A DNA stretch of 64,000 bases from Conexivisphaerales archaeon (lineage in GTDB: Archaea > Thermoproteota > Nitrososphaeria > Conexivisphaerales > DTJL01), in assembly GCA_049509455.1 (NCBI GenBank), contig JBEKZX010000001.1, forward strand, positions 1 to 64,000, written 5' to 3'. Under the pieces are notes generated by a model. The model was not told the origin of the DNA. It did no database searches and saw only the letters and a program-made list of their open reading frames with translations. Shown here piece by piece: positions 39,779 to 49,407 of the stretch (its first letter is position 1; the number at the start of each line of letters is the position of its first letter). The position numbers were made by a program, and so were the translations under genes.

Positions 39779-39928
39779 CAGGCTTCGACGGCCTGCCGAG
39801 TCGCTCTTCTGGCCTCTTGTGGAGCAGCCTCTCGTTCCCCGTTGTCAGAGAAGACCCTGAACCTGCGGCTTGGGCTGGCGTGGCGCAAAGCCTTTATTCA
39901 AATCGGACCCCATCATTGAGGACTCTGC

Positions 39929-40648
39929 ATGGCTCTGATCAGGTACAGCAGGAGCATCATCCCGGCGTGTGACGTGGAGACTCTGGACGACCTTCGGGAG
40001 CTGGTTCGGCTCACGCATGACGTCGACAGGATCGGGGGATACAAGTTGGGCTCGACGCCGGCCATAACCTATGGCCTCCCCGAGCTGGTAAGGGTCGTCA
40101 GGGGGTTTACGGACCTCCCCATCATATACGACCACCAGAAGGCGATGACGGACATACCCGACACTGGAAGGGCCTTCGCTGCGGCCGTGAAGGGCGCCGG
40201 GGTGGACGCGCTCATAGGCTTCCCTATGGCCGGGCCGGCCACTCAGGACGCTTGGACGAAGGCCTGCCAGGAGGTGGGCCTGGGGGTGATCATCGGCGGA
40301 GAGATGACCCAGCCTCGGTACAGGAGAAGCGAAGGAGGGTACGTGTCGGACGAGGCGTTGGATGAGATCTACTTAAACGGAGCAAGGCTGGGGGTGACTG
40401 ACTTCGTCGTTCCCGGAAACAAGGTGGAAAGGGTCGCCCACTACAGGGAGCTGTTGACCCCGGTGGTTGGAGGCGCGCCGACCTTCTTTTCACCTGGTTT
40501 TGTAGCCCAGGGAGGAGAGGTTTCCGAAGCCGCAAAGGTCTCGGGCGGTTCCTGGCACGCCATAGTCGGCAGGGGCATCTACGGCGCCAAGGGCATCCGG
40601 GCCGCTGCGAAAGAGTTGACGAGCCACCTGTCGGACAGGGCTATCTGA
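39929..40648 (+). CDS. pyrF: Orotidine 5'-phosphate decarboxylase (divergent type)
   Basis: GGYKLG, YDHQKAMTDIP, SPGFVAQGG, IVGRGIY; adjacent to pyrD/pyrE. Confidence 0.85.
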   Translation: MALIRYSRSIIPACDVETLDDLRELVRLTHDVDRIGGYKLGSTPAITYGLPELVRVVRGFTDLPIIYDHQKAMTDIPDTGRAFAAAVKGAGVDALIGFPMAGPATQDAWTKACQEVGLGVIIGGEMTQPRYRRSEGGYVSDEALDEIYLNGARLGVTDFVVPGNKVERVAHYRELLTPVVGGAPTFFSPGFVAQGGEVSEAAKVSGGSWHAIVGRGIYGAKGIRAAAKELTSHLSDRAI

Positions 40649-41663
40649 CCAGCGCCCCCTTCAGGTCCTCGATGGAGCGGAAGCCTTTTCTGGACATCTC
40701 CTCAGCCAGCTCCGTCTTAATCTTCCTCGCCGCCAGGGGACCCCTGTATACGAAGGAGGTGAAGACCTCGCAGGCGTCGGCACCGCATCCTATGAGCTCG
40801 AACACGTCCCTCCCTGTGAATATCCCTCCACAGGCCACCAGCGGGCCTTTCTTCCTCAGCTCGACCGAGACGTCCTTGACCATCCTCTTAGTGGAACAAT
40901 TTAGGGGGAGGCCGCTTAGCCCTCCATAGCCGACCGACGTCCCCCTCTCCTTGACCATCCTCGTGTTGCTGGCGGTCACTCCGAAGCCTTCCCTCCAGCA
41001 GAGCTGGATGATCTCCAGGACCGCGTCGTGATCCTCCTTGCCGTCGTAGGGAGGGACCTTGACCAGCATTGGCCTGCTTCCTACAGTCTTGACCTTCGCC
41101 AGTAGGCCTTCCAGCCTGTCGAGCCGTTCGTTCCAGCTCCCCTTGAACGTGGGGCTGCTAGTATTAATCTCCAGAATCTCCACGAAGGGATTCAGCAGGC
41201 TGATCACTTTCGTATATTCTTCGACGGTGTACCCCGCCACGCTGCCTATCAAAGGCATCTTCACTCTAGCCCTGCGCAACCGATGGACCACGGCCTCCAC
41301 CCCCGCCGAATTCAGACCCATGGCGTTCACTAGCCCGCCTTGATTCGTCTTCCTGACCATTCTCGGCCACCTGTTCCCCGGATACGCCCTGCCTAGGACG
41401 GAACCGAACACGACGAACCCGAACCCCAGGTCCTCCATCGCCCCTAGCGCGACGGCGTCCTTGTCATATCCTGCCGAGAGGCCTATGGGTGAAGCTAGGG
41501 TTACGCCGAGCAACCTCGTATGCAGCCGGTCATCATCGTATCGCAAGGCCCTGCCTAGCATCTTGAATGGTAGTCTCCTTTCGAAGACCTTCAGGGACAG
41601 TTCATGACAGGCGTCGGGGGAAAGATGAAAGAGGAGGGGTCCAAGGATGTCATCGTAGATCAA
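40641..41663 (-). CDS. pyrD: Dihydroorotate dehydrogenase, class 2 (quinone)-like
   Basis: N-terminal L..L.P..CHEL helix, SAGYDK, NAMGLNS, EINTSSP, GGLSG.PL. Confidence 0.9.
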   Translation of the reverse strand: MIYDDILGPLLFHLSPDACHELSLKVFERRLPFKMLGRALRYDDDRLHTRLLGVTLASPIGLSAGYDKDAVALGAMEDLGFGFVVFGSVLGRAYPGNRWPRMVRKTNQGGLVNAMGLNSAGVEAVVHRLRRARVKMPLIGSVAGYTVEEYTKVISLLNPFVEILEINTSSPTFKGSWNERLDRLEGLLAKVKTVGSRPMLVKVPPYDGKEDHDAVLEIIQLCWREGFGVTASNTRMVKERGTSVGYGGLSGLPLNCSTKRMVKDVSVELRKKGPLVACGGIFTGRDVFELIGCGADACEVFTSFVYRGPLAARKIKTELAEEMSRKGFRSIEDLKGALVR

Positions 41664-42580
41664 GCCCTTTCCCCGTCGCTTATGCCCTTTCGAAGCCGCT
41701 CCAGCTGGGGTGACTCGTCCATCGCGATCCTGTAGAGTTCCTTCCTCCTCTTTTCGTCCTGATAGGACCTCCAGTCCCGGCAGTAGTCCCTGAGGATTTC
41801 GAGCTCTACGGGGTGCATCTCACTCTTGAGCCAGTCTAGGGCCTGGGAAGCGAACTTGATCACCGAGAACAGCCGCATCCCATGGTCCCGTGCCACCTCC
41901 TCCGCACCCTGTTCCCTGTCTATCAGCACCAGCACGTCTTCGCACCTCACGCCAGAGATCCTCTGACCGGTCATCTTCTCACGCCTTTTCAACTCATACT
42001 CCAGCTGCCTCTTCGTGACCAGCTTTGTGTCGAACCTCGACACGGTGTCGTCAATGATGACGAAGGAATCGCCGTCGACTATTTCCCCCTCCACGAGGCT
42101 GTGCTGGCCGTAGCCTGAGAGGACCCTGTCGAAGTCTTCGAGAGTCTTGACCTCCTCCATCTTCCTAGTGTAGCAAGTAGGGATCATGGAGTAGCCGGTG
42201 ACGGCGGTCGAAAGGACTATCGCTGCTTCGGCCACTCCCAGCCCCTTGTTGACGTGCGGAATCTGCTCTTCGATGGTCTTTCCGAGGACCACCCCAACCT
42301 CAGGGAGGATCTTCCAAGACTCCGCAAAGCTGGTAAGCGGCCTGAGGTCTACATAGTACGGCGACCATATCCCCGACCGCATGATCCACCCCTCGGGCCG
42401 CTGCCTGAACCATGTCCTGATCATGCTGTGCTGGAAGAGCTTCAGGGTGATGTCCTTGGCATAATCTTCGCGGGAGAATCCAGCGAGGTTCAACAGTTCG
42501 ACGTACCTCTCGATGAAGCTCAGGCTCCTTGAAGAGAATCCCTTCGAGTCATCTGCTCTCGGGTTCTGCCCAGCCGTCAT
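41660..42580 (-). CDS. pyrE: Orotate phosphoribosyltransferase, long divergent form
   Basis: SG..SPYYVDLR, YTRK...YG..SLVEG, VIIDD, VLIDREQG; co-oriented and overlapping with pyrD. Confidence 0.8.
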   Translation of the reverse strand: MTAGQNPRADDSKGFSSRSLSFIERYVELLNLAGFSREDYAKDITLKLFQHSMIRTWFRQRPEGWIMRSGIWSPYYVDLRPLTSFAESWKILPEVGVVLGKTIEEQIPHVNKGLGVAEAAIVLSTAVTGYSMIPTCYTRKMEEVKTLEDFDRVLSGYGQHSLVEGEIVDGDSFVIIDDTVSRFDTKLVTKRQLEYELKRREKMTGQRISGVRCEDVLVLIDREQGAEEVARDHGMRLFSVIKFASQALDWLKSEMHPVELEILRDYCRDWRSYQDEKRRKELYRIAMDESPQLERLRKGISDGERA

Positions 42581-43036
42581 GGGTTACCTCCTAGAAATGA
42601 ACGATGACGTAACCTAGGCTGCAAGCAATTCGTCAGAACAGGCCTTTGAACGACGACCCACGCCTTTTTCACCAGACGGCCCTTAAAAGCGTTCCTCCGC
42701 CAGCGTCGCGTCAGGCGCTCCCCCTGACCCTCCTTTGACTAGTGGGCCGGATAGGATCAGCATCTGAACAGGTTCTCAGTTCCGGTTCTCGGCGAGCCCA
42801 CTTCACTAGAACCGAAAATAGGCTGCGACTCCTGAACCTGTCCTGTGTAAGATATCTTAATACCCTGACATGGAAATCGCGGGAACTGTTCCGATTGGGC
42901 CGTCTCCAGCAATGTCTGTCCAAAATGACGGCGCCATCATGGGGACTGATGCCATGCTGACATAGGGACCCACTGGCTTTACACTAATACCCTTTTCAGC
43001 GATGGATTGGCGATGTGGCGGTTCTCGCCCTTCGCC

Positions 43037-43849
43037 CTAAACCGATGGCTTCGCAGGAGGCCGGGCAAATCTAACTAATAAGACGACCAGCAGCGCCGCA
43101 GCCACGATGACCGCGGAAGCCTCTGTGGCCAAGACCACTTGGGGATGCCCGCCTTGGTTCGCCGTTATCCCTGCAAGAGCCCAGACAACGACCAGGCCAT
43201 AGGCAATGTCTCTCCTCGTCCCCAGCATAGTGAGTGTGATGATTAATGCTACGACGATGACGAGCTCAGCCCAGGCGGCCGGAGCGATTCCTAACCCATT
43301 CCAGTTCAGTGAAACTAAAGCGGACGAGACATCCGCAATGGAAGCTATCGTGATCCAGCCGAGGTAGACGCTGAACGGTAGATGGACCCAGATCTTCTCG
43401 CTGAGAGGCGCCTTCGACTTGCTCACATCCAAGCGGAGATAGATGGCAATCAACGACGCCAACAACCCAAGAATCAGTGGGACTGACGCCACGATGTAGT
43501 CATACTGCCAAAGAAACAGCCACGCAATGTTGAACACGCTGCTTAGTATGAACAGGTAGCTCACCCCCCGATTGAACGAGTCCTCCCTGTGTCGCGGCAG
43601 CAATTGGAAGGTGACGAAGGCGAACAGCAACACGTAGATTATGCCCCAGATTGAAAAGGTGAAACCAGCCGGTGTGACAAGCGTCGGATAGGCAGCGGAC
43701 ACGTCAGCCGTGTTCCTGCCATTCAACAGCTTGGTGCCGCCCGCCAGGGCGTTGACGACGACCACCGCAACAAAGGCTAGGGCGTTTCCAATCTGCAAGG
43801 CCGAAACACTCCTCTTTCGAGACGCCAATCGGTTACGCCCAAGACTCAA
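43037..43849 (-). CDS. TspO/MBR-related tryptophan-rich sensory membrane protein
   Basis: TPAGFTFSIWGIIY, FNIAWLFLW, PFSVYLGWITIA. Confidence 0.85.
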   Translation of the reverse strand: MSLGRNRLASRKRSVSALQIGNALAFVAVVVVNALAGGTKLLNGRNTADVSAAYPTLVTPAGFTFSIWGIIYVLLFAFVTFQLLPRHREDSFNRGVSYLFILSSVFNIAWLFLWQYDYIVASVPLILGLLASLIAIYLRLDVSKSKAPLSEKIWVHLPFSVYLGWITIASIADVSSALVSLNWNGLGIAPAAWAELVIVVALIITLTMLGTRRDIAYGLVVVWALAGITANQGGHPQVVLATEASAVIVAAALLVVLLVRFARPPAKPSV

Positions 43850-43972
43850 CGAGTCGCAATGGATATCTAAAGATTCCCTTGCACCGCGCTAGCCCTGAAG
43901 GTCGCCTAAGCTAAGGACAATTCGGCGAGGTCATATGGTGCCGAACATTCAGATTGACCGTCGCGATTCCAA

Positions 43973-44485
43973 ATGGTGGACACGCTGGGCTACCGCGTCG
44001 TGAAGAAGTTGGGCAAGGTGGAAATCAGAAGCTACCCTCGTATGGTAATCGCCAAAGTGGACGGTTACGGAGACGGCGGCTTCAACCTTCTGTTCAGGTT
44101 CATCGCCGGCGAGAACAGCCGTAAGGCAAAGGTCGCAATGACCGCTCCGGTCCTGTCGGAGAATATTCCGATGACCGCGCCGGTCCTCTCGGGCGGGAGA
44201 TCGTTGGCCTTCGTCATGCCCGAATCCTATACGATCGAGACCACGCCCATGCCTGTCGATGAGCGCGTCAAGATTGTGGAGATCCCTGCCAGGAATCTAG
44301 CCGCTCTCAGGTTTTCCGGAAGATGGAACAAGGGTGTCTTTGATGCCAGATTGAAGGAGATGCTAGGCGAACTTCAGAGGGCCGGGACTGGGATCAAAGG
44401 TGAAGTGTTCTCCATGAGGTACAACGCTTCCTTCACCCCTTGGTTCTTGCACAGAAACGAGGTCTTCATTGAAGTTCCTCCCTGA
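43973..44485 (+). CDS. SOUL family heme-binding protein
   Basis: VEIR.YP, GFNLLFRFIAGEN, repeated MTAPV, FVMP, AALRFSG, RNEV. Confidence 0.93.
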   Translation: MVDTLGYRVVKKLGKVEIRSYPRMVIAKVDGYGDGGFNLLFRFIAGENSRKAKVAMTAPVLSENIPMTAPVLSGGRSLAFVMPESYTIETTPMPVDERVKIVEIPARNLAALRFSGRWNKGVFDARLKEMLGELQRAGTGIKGEVFSMRYNASFTPWFLHRNEVFIEVPP

Positions 44486-44502
44486 ATGATTCCTTTTGAA
44501 CT

Positions 44503-44521
44503 AGGCTCAAAAAATGAGCCT
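44503..44521. terminator. Hairpin between the convergent SOUL gene and tRNA-Val
   Basis: Perfect inverted repeat AGGCTCA-AAAAA-TGAGCCT. Confidence 0.45.
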
Positions 44522-44564
44522 GATTGGGGCTGGGATCAGGGCACGCGCTGGACACGACCTCCAA

Positions 44565-44640
44565 TGGGCCGGACAGGATTCGAACCTGTGATCTTCTGCG
44601 TGTAAGGCAGATGTCCAAGACCGAACTAGACGACCGGCCC
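44565..44640 (-). tRNA. tRNA-Val (anticodon UAC), intron-less, CCA not encoded
   Basis: Cloverleaf: GGGCCGG/CCGGCCC acceptor stem, TCTGC-CTTACAC-GCAGA anticodon arm, ACAGG-TTCGAAT-CCTGT T arm. Confidence 0.97.
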
Positions 44641-44745
44641 GACATAGGCGGTCCATGCTGCCGGCTGTAAGAACTTTTCTTGGCAATAAGCCTGGGCGGT
44701 CATGGGGATGCAGGTCCGCATTAACCCTTAAAGCCCGTATCTGCG

Positions 44746-44982
44746 ATGCGGAGTCATGACCCCGAGATGGCCAAGGCTACTGCCACTGGGACTGGCGCGC
44801 TGGCTGACATAGTGGAGGCCGTCAGAGGCTTCCCAAGACACCAGGCCGGGGAGTTCAGGTTCCCCAAGAGATTCTTTTTCCGGAAGCTGGACCTTCTCAT
44901 GTGGGAGCTGGACGACGTAAGCGAATTCATCCACCTGGAACACACCGGTCGGTCTTACATCCTCCAGATAAGGCACCGATGA
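44746..44982 (+). CDS. Small hypothetical protein, 78 aa
   Basis: Protein-like frame with a TATA-like CCTTAAA just upstream; the start may be the second Met. Confidence 0.6.
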   Translation: MRSHDPEMAKATATGTGALADIVEAVRGFPRHQAGEFRFPKRFFFRKLDLLMWELDDVSEFIHLEHTGRSYILQIRHR

Positions 44983-44997
44983 CGGCGAACAGATCGC

Positions 44998-45789
44998 TCA
45001 CAGAATGCGGCAGGCCGGGACGCTGTCGCTAGACTGTTTCAGGACGGGCAGTCCAAGACGGACCTCCGTGACCTCTCGCGGGTCCAGGTTGAAGTAGGCC
45101 ACCTTGGCTCCGGCGCCTAGGTCCAGCGCCTTGATGCCGGAGGGGCTCGCCACCATGCTCCGCCCGATGAAGGCTTCGTTGGCGTTCCCGACGCCCACAA
45201 CGTAGCAGGTGTCCTCATGAGCTCTAGCCATGAGCAGGGTCTGCCACTGCTCCTCCTTCATCTCCCCCTTGTACCACGCCGCTGGGACGATGACCGCCTC
45301 CGCCCCCGCCATGGCTTGCTTCCTGAACAGTTCGGGGAACCTGATGTCGTAACATATGGCCATGCCGAACAGCATGGATCTAACCTTGAACAAAGTCAGC
45401 CCGGACCCCGTCCCGAACACGTCCGACTCCTTATATCCAAGGGCGTCAAAGAGTTTCATCTTCCTGTACCCCCCCAACACCCTTCCACGGTCTATGACGA
45501 CGGCGGTGTTGTAAACGCGTTCCCGGCCTCGCTCGAAGATCGGAAGGATCACCCCCGACTCCTTCTTCTTGCTCAGCCTGACGACTTCGCTCACGAATTC
45601 CCCCTCGAATGTTTCAGACAAATCCTGCACGTAAGAGCGGGTCAGGCCCTCCTTGGGGAAGCCCATGACGTACTCCGGGAAGACCACGAGCCCGGTACCT
45701 GCTTCGAGACCTTTCATCACGGAAGCGACCAATTTCAGGTTCTCCGCCTTCGAGGCTGTGACCGCCAGCTGGGCGAGGCAGATCTTCAT
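44998..45789 (-). CDS. Carbon-nitrogen hydrolase (Nit/YafV-like amidase)
   Basis: E-K-C triad contexts VFPE, YRK and ICYDIRFPE. Confidence 0.93.
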   Translation of the reverse strand: MKICLAQLAVTASKAENLKLVASVMKGLEAGTGLVVFPEYVMGFPKEGLTRSYVQDLSETFEGEFVSEVVRLSKKKESGVILPIFERGRERVYNTAVVIDRGRVLGGYRKMKLFDALGYKESDVFGTGSGLTLFKVRSMLFGMAICYDIRFPELFRKQAMAGAEAVIVPAAWYKGEMKEEQWQTLLMARAHEDTCYVVGVGNANEAFIGRSMVASPSGIKALDLGAGAKVAYFNLDPREVTEVRLGLPVLKQSSDSVPACRIL

Positions 45790-45827
45790 CTAGCCGGCGA
45801 AGGGGCTGCAAGACGTATAACGCTTTC

Positions 45828-46571
45828 CTAGTTCGTCGGAACGGTGATGGCGCGCCGCACTTCGGGCCTGCGACCGTCGTAGTTGGCCCGCACCAGCTCC
45901 CTGTTCCCGATCATATGCCAATCAAACCCCTCGATGAAGGGCTCCGAAGCAAAGATCACGGAGCTCTCGGTCTGGGCAAAGTACAACGTGTAGTACTCCT
46001 CGTACCTGTTGAAGTGTCGGTATGCGTACAGGGAGGTTCCGTCCTGCATGATGAACGTCAGGGAGGAGTAGTCCGTCCTTTCGAGCTCTGGGAGGATGCC
46101 TCCCAGAGCCTCCGGCAATCCCTTCTCCTTGAGGCCCTCCAGCAGCATGAGGAAGAGTTTCTCGCTGTCCGTCTGACCCACGGGCTGCCTCGATGCGGCG
46201 AACGATTTGGAGAGGCCCCGGATGCTCCCGTTGTGCATGAACGCCCTTCCCTCGATCACGAAGGGGTGGCTATTCACCGCGAGAGGGGTCCCTACTGACG
46301 CCTTGCGCAGGTGCAACATCACTGAGTGGGGCCCGGCAAAGTTACCCATGGTCTCCGTGACTAGGTCGAAGGAAGGGTCGTCCCAGGCGTCTTTCCTGCT
46401 GCGGTAGTGAAGGGAGGAGCCTCCGAAGTCCGAAGCATAAATTCCCCAGCCGGAAACGTGACCGGGGGCCGCCCTCGGAGGAACATGTCCTTCATGCGAA
46501 AGGCGACGGAACTTGACGAAGATGTCCTGCGGCAGGCTCTCTGCAGTCAGAATGGCCAGCATCCGGCACAT
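45828..46571 (-). CDS. Class II glutamine amidotransferase-like Ntn hydrolase (YafJ/EgtC/Dug3-like)
   Basis: N-terminal MCR nucleophile, SGWG, HLRKAS, NSHPF, FMHNG, TDSE. Confidence 0.92.
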   Translation of the reverse strand: MCRMLAILTAESLPQDIFVKFRRLSHEGHVPPRAAPGHVSGWGIYASDFGGSSLHYRSRKDAWDDPSFDLVTETMGNFAGPHSVMLHLRKASVGTPLAVNSHPFVIEGRAFMHNGSIRGLSKSFAASRQPVGQTDSEKLFLMLLEGLKEKGLPEALGGILPELERTDYSSLTFIMQDGTSLYAYRHFNRYEEYYTLYFAQTESSVIFASEPFIEGFDWHMIGNRELVRANYDGRRPEVRRAITVPTN

Positions 46572-46612
46572 TTGAGGCGCATGATGCCGACTAACGGATA
46601 AAAGGCGATCGC

Positions 46613-47209
46613 TTGATCAGATTGGCTCGGGAAGACATATCAGGGCGAGCCTCGTCACAGACCTTCGATTCCCATTTGAAGTCCGACCCCGCCCGCCTCA
46701 AAGCGCTCCAGGAGGACAAAGAGGACTTTCTTCCCCGCGGTGCCCATCCCGTCGGCACAGTCAGGGTGGACGTCAGCTACGAACGCCAGCTCCTGCACTC
46801 GGCGACATGCTGGGAAGGGACCGAGCTCAAGTTCCCGGTGACCGTGGACGAGCCTCCCTCCCGCGGAGGGGACGGCGCAGCGCCCGCCCCTTTAAGCTAC
46901 TTCGTCCTAGGAGCGGCCGCGTGCCTCCTCACCCAGCTCGCCAAGCTCGCCATGCTGGACGAGCTCAAGATCAACTCCATGTCGATGTCGGCTCGCGGCC
47001 ACTTCAACCGCAAGCTGGGAGGTACCTTCTCGGAGCTAGTCTTTGACGTCAAGATATCCGGCGCCGAGAAGTCCGCCCGAGTTAAAAGGCTCAGCAGGGA
47101 CGCCGAAGGGCAATGCTATGCCTCGAATACGCTTAAGAAGGCCGTCAAGCTGGTCACGAACATCGAATATAACGGCGGCCTCCTTCTCACCCTTTCATCC
47201 ACTCCCTAG
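46613..47209 (+). CDS. OsmC family protein
   Basis: DEP...GG.GAAPAPLSYF..GAAAC, and a second Cys in QCYASNTL. Confidence 0.85.
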   Translation: MIRLAREDISGRASSQTFDSHLKSDPARLKALQEDKEDFLPRGAHPVGTVRVDVSYERQLLHSATCWEGTELKFPVTVDEPPSRGGDGAAPAPLSYFVLGAAACLLTQLAKLAMLDELKINSMSMSARGHFNRKLGGTFSELVFDVKISGAEKSARVKRLSRDAEGQCYASNTLKKAVKLVTNIEYNGGLLLTLSSTP

Positions 47210-47247
47210 GAAACAGTTTTTACTGTGACCCGGCCTACGAGCCGTCA

Positions 47248-47640
47248 ATGAAGGTCGCCTTCACTCCGCAGGAGAAGCGCTTCCTGGAGGATAACGAGAT
47301 ATGTCGCTTCGCCACTAGCTCTCTGAAGGGATGGCCTCTCGTCACGCCGGTGGCCTACATCCTGATTGGTGATTCCATACACGTTGCGACCGACTACGAC
47401 ACCGCCAAGTACAGGCACCTGAAGGAGAACCCGAAGGCCTCGCTGGTGGTGGACACGGTGAGCCCCAACCGTGCCATCGTCATCCAAGGGAAGGTGGATC
47501 TCATAGAGGAAGGGAAGGAATTTGAAGAGATCTACGCGACCTTCTACAAGAGGTTCTCCTGGGTGCGCCGGGACCCATGGAAGGCGGGTGAGGCGCCATT
47601 CCTCAAGGTCTCCCCTGTCATGAAATCGAGCTGGGTCTGA
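47248..47640 (+). CDS. Pyridoxamine 5'-phosphate oxidase-like (split-barrel flavin/F420-binding) protein
   Basis: RFAT...GWPLVTPV, AKYRHLKENPKASLVVD. Confidence 0.88.
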   Translation: MKVAFTPQEKRFLEDNEICRFATSSLKGWPLVTPVAYILIGDSIHVATDYDTAKYRHLKENPKASLVVDTVSPNRAIVIQGKVDLIEEGKEFEEIYATFYKRFSWVRRDPWKAGEAPFLKVSPVMKSSWV

Positions 47641-47699
47641 TGCCTCCCTCTCGTCATCACTTCCCCTTGGGCTCATGGCCGAGGAGGTCGTGATTAAAC

Positions 47700-48344
47700 T
47701 TGAAGCTCAGCCGCATGGTCGAAAGGTTCACCTCCAACGATGCTTTCGAGGAGAACATCTACGTCCTCTACGACCGGGCTGCCAAGGAGTGCATCATTAT
47801 CGATCCCGGCGCTGGCGCCAGCGAAGTCATAGCCTTCGTCGAAGGGGAGGGTTGCAAGGTTCAGTCCATCCTCGCAACGCATGCCCACATCGATCACGTC
47901 GTCTCAGCACCCGCCCTCGTCGAAAGGTTTCGTTCCCCCTTCCTCGTCCCCAAGGCCGACCTACCACTTCTCGACGGCATCAAGGAGCAAGCGGACGCCT
48001 TCGGGTATCATTTCAAGGGGGACGTTAGGGCGGACGGCTCCTTCGAGGGGGGAGCGTCTTTCGAGCTGGGAGCTCATCGCATCGATGTCCTTCATACGCC
48101 AGGCCACACCCCAGGGAGTTCCTGTTTCTTCCTCGACCGCAACATGCTCTTCACGGGGGACACGCTGTTCGCCGGCTCCATTGGTAGGACGGACCTCCCA
48201 AGAGGCTCTCCGAAGGACATGGTCGCCTCACTGAAGAAGCTCGCCGCTCTCCCCGGTCTCGTCGTCATCTACCCAGGGCATGACGAGGAGTCCACCATCG
48301 GCGAAGAGAAGGCGACAAACCCTTACCTCAGGTTCACCCCCTGA
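47700..48344 (+). CDS. Metallo-beta-lactamase fold hydrolase (glyoxalase II-like)
   Basis: THAHIDH, HTPGHT, FTGDTLF, YPGH. Confidence 0.95.
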   Translation: MKLSRMVERFTSNDAFEENIYVLYDRAAKECIIIDPGAGASEVIAFVEGEGCKVQSILATHAHIDHVVSAPALVERFRSPFLVPKADLPLLDGIKEQADAFGYHFKGDVRADGSFEGGASFELGAHRIDVLHTPGHTPGSSCFFLDRNMLFTGDTLFAGSIGRTDLPRGSPKDMVASLKKLAALPGLVVIYPGHDEESTIGEEKATNPYLRFTP

Positions 48345-48528
48345 AGCCGATTAGAAATGGCGGGAGCTTTTGTCGATTCGTCGAAGCCCTTCAACCTAGC
48401 TTATGTCTATGGAAGGGCCAGGTGAACCTGTGGAGAAACCCGGCATCATAGGCGTCACGCTTACCGCGTCCGGCGTGGCCCTCCTGTAATAACGTCGCTC
48501 TGGCGTACGTTTCATTCACATCGTACTT

Positions 48529-48798
48529 CTAGGCCTTCGTCCAGGGGTTGTCGGATTCGTTGGACCTTCTCCTGCTCGCCGCGATTAAGGCCTTCTTCCT
48601 CGGCATCGTGGCTTGGGTGGGCGGCAAACCTCTGGCAGGGGGTGCAGATTTCGTCAAAGTCGAGAAGGGCGTCGGTATCATCACCGCACCGGAAGCGGTC
48701 GCCAAAGAGAAGGAAAAGGGAAGGTCCTTGGCTGGTGATGGAAGTTCCCCGACAGGGTTCTCGCCAGCGATAGGCTTCGTCAGCCTGACCTCATTCAT
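48529..48798 (-). CDS. Possible Pro/Ser/Ala-rich hypothetical protein
   Basis: The open frame extends about 25 codons upstream without a start codon; low complexity. Confidence 0.3.
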   Translation of the reverse strand: MNEVRLTKPIAGENPVGELPSPAKDLPFSFSLATASGAVMIPTPFSTLTKSAPPARGLPPTQATMPRKKALIAASRRRSNESDNPWTKA

Positions 48799-48984
48799 AG
48801 CGCTGGAGGCGTTCGCCTTTTCCGGCTTCTCTTTGCCAGCAGTTCTCTCGCGCCCTAAACACCCCTTTCTCCGTCAACGGAATCCGCAAGGGAGGCCTTC
48901 GAATTGAATCGAAATCGGAAGCTGAGACTCACCCAACATTCATATTTCAGCCTCGACAAGCTTCGTGGCGATGTCCATTTGGGC

Positions 48985-49407
48985 ATGGTCCAAGGCAACG
49001 CGGGCAGAGTGATCGTCGCCAACCTTTCGAGGGGTAGCGACCTCCTCGAGTCTTTGGAGAAGCTGGCATCTGAATCCAACGTGGTCGGAGGGATCTTCAC
49101 GGCCATCGGTGCGGTTGGCAAGGCCGCTTTCACGTACTACGACCAAACGAATCGCGAATACGTCAGCATCACAATGGACGAAGAGTTGGAGATTGTCTCC
49201 TGCTCCGGCAACTTCGGCGTGCTGGACGGGCGCCCCAAGATTCACTGTCATGTCGTCTTCTCCGACAGGAAGGGCCGCGCGTTTGGCGGCCATCTGACGA
49301 AGGGCACCGAGGTCTTCGTCGGAGAGGTCCACCTCATGGAGGTGGGAGGCGTGGAACTGGAAAGAAAGGAGGACCCGGCCACGGGTATAGCGATGCTGGG
49401 CTTCTAG
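48985..49407 (+). CDS. PPC/DUF296 domain protein
   Basis: AIGAV, EIVSCSGN, HCHVVFSD...FGGHL; start re-called to the ATG at 48985. Confidence 0.92.
   Translation: MVQGNAGRVIVANLSRGSDLLESLEKLASESNVVGGIFTAIGAVGKAAFTYYDQTNREYVSITMDEELEIVSCSGNFGVLDGRPKIHCHVVFSDRKGRAFGGHLTKGTEVFVGEVHLMEVGGVELERKEDPATGIAMLGF

Noticed and set aside
42921-42950. HDGAVIL, similar to the diadenylate cyclase motif
   Set aside because: Isolated 7-aa match with no RHR motif and a non-protein-like surrounding frame.
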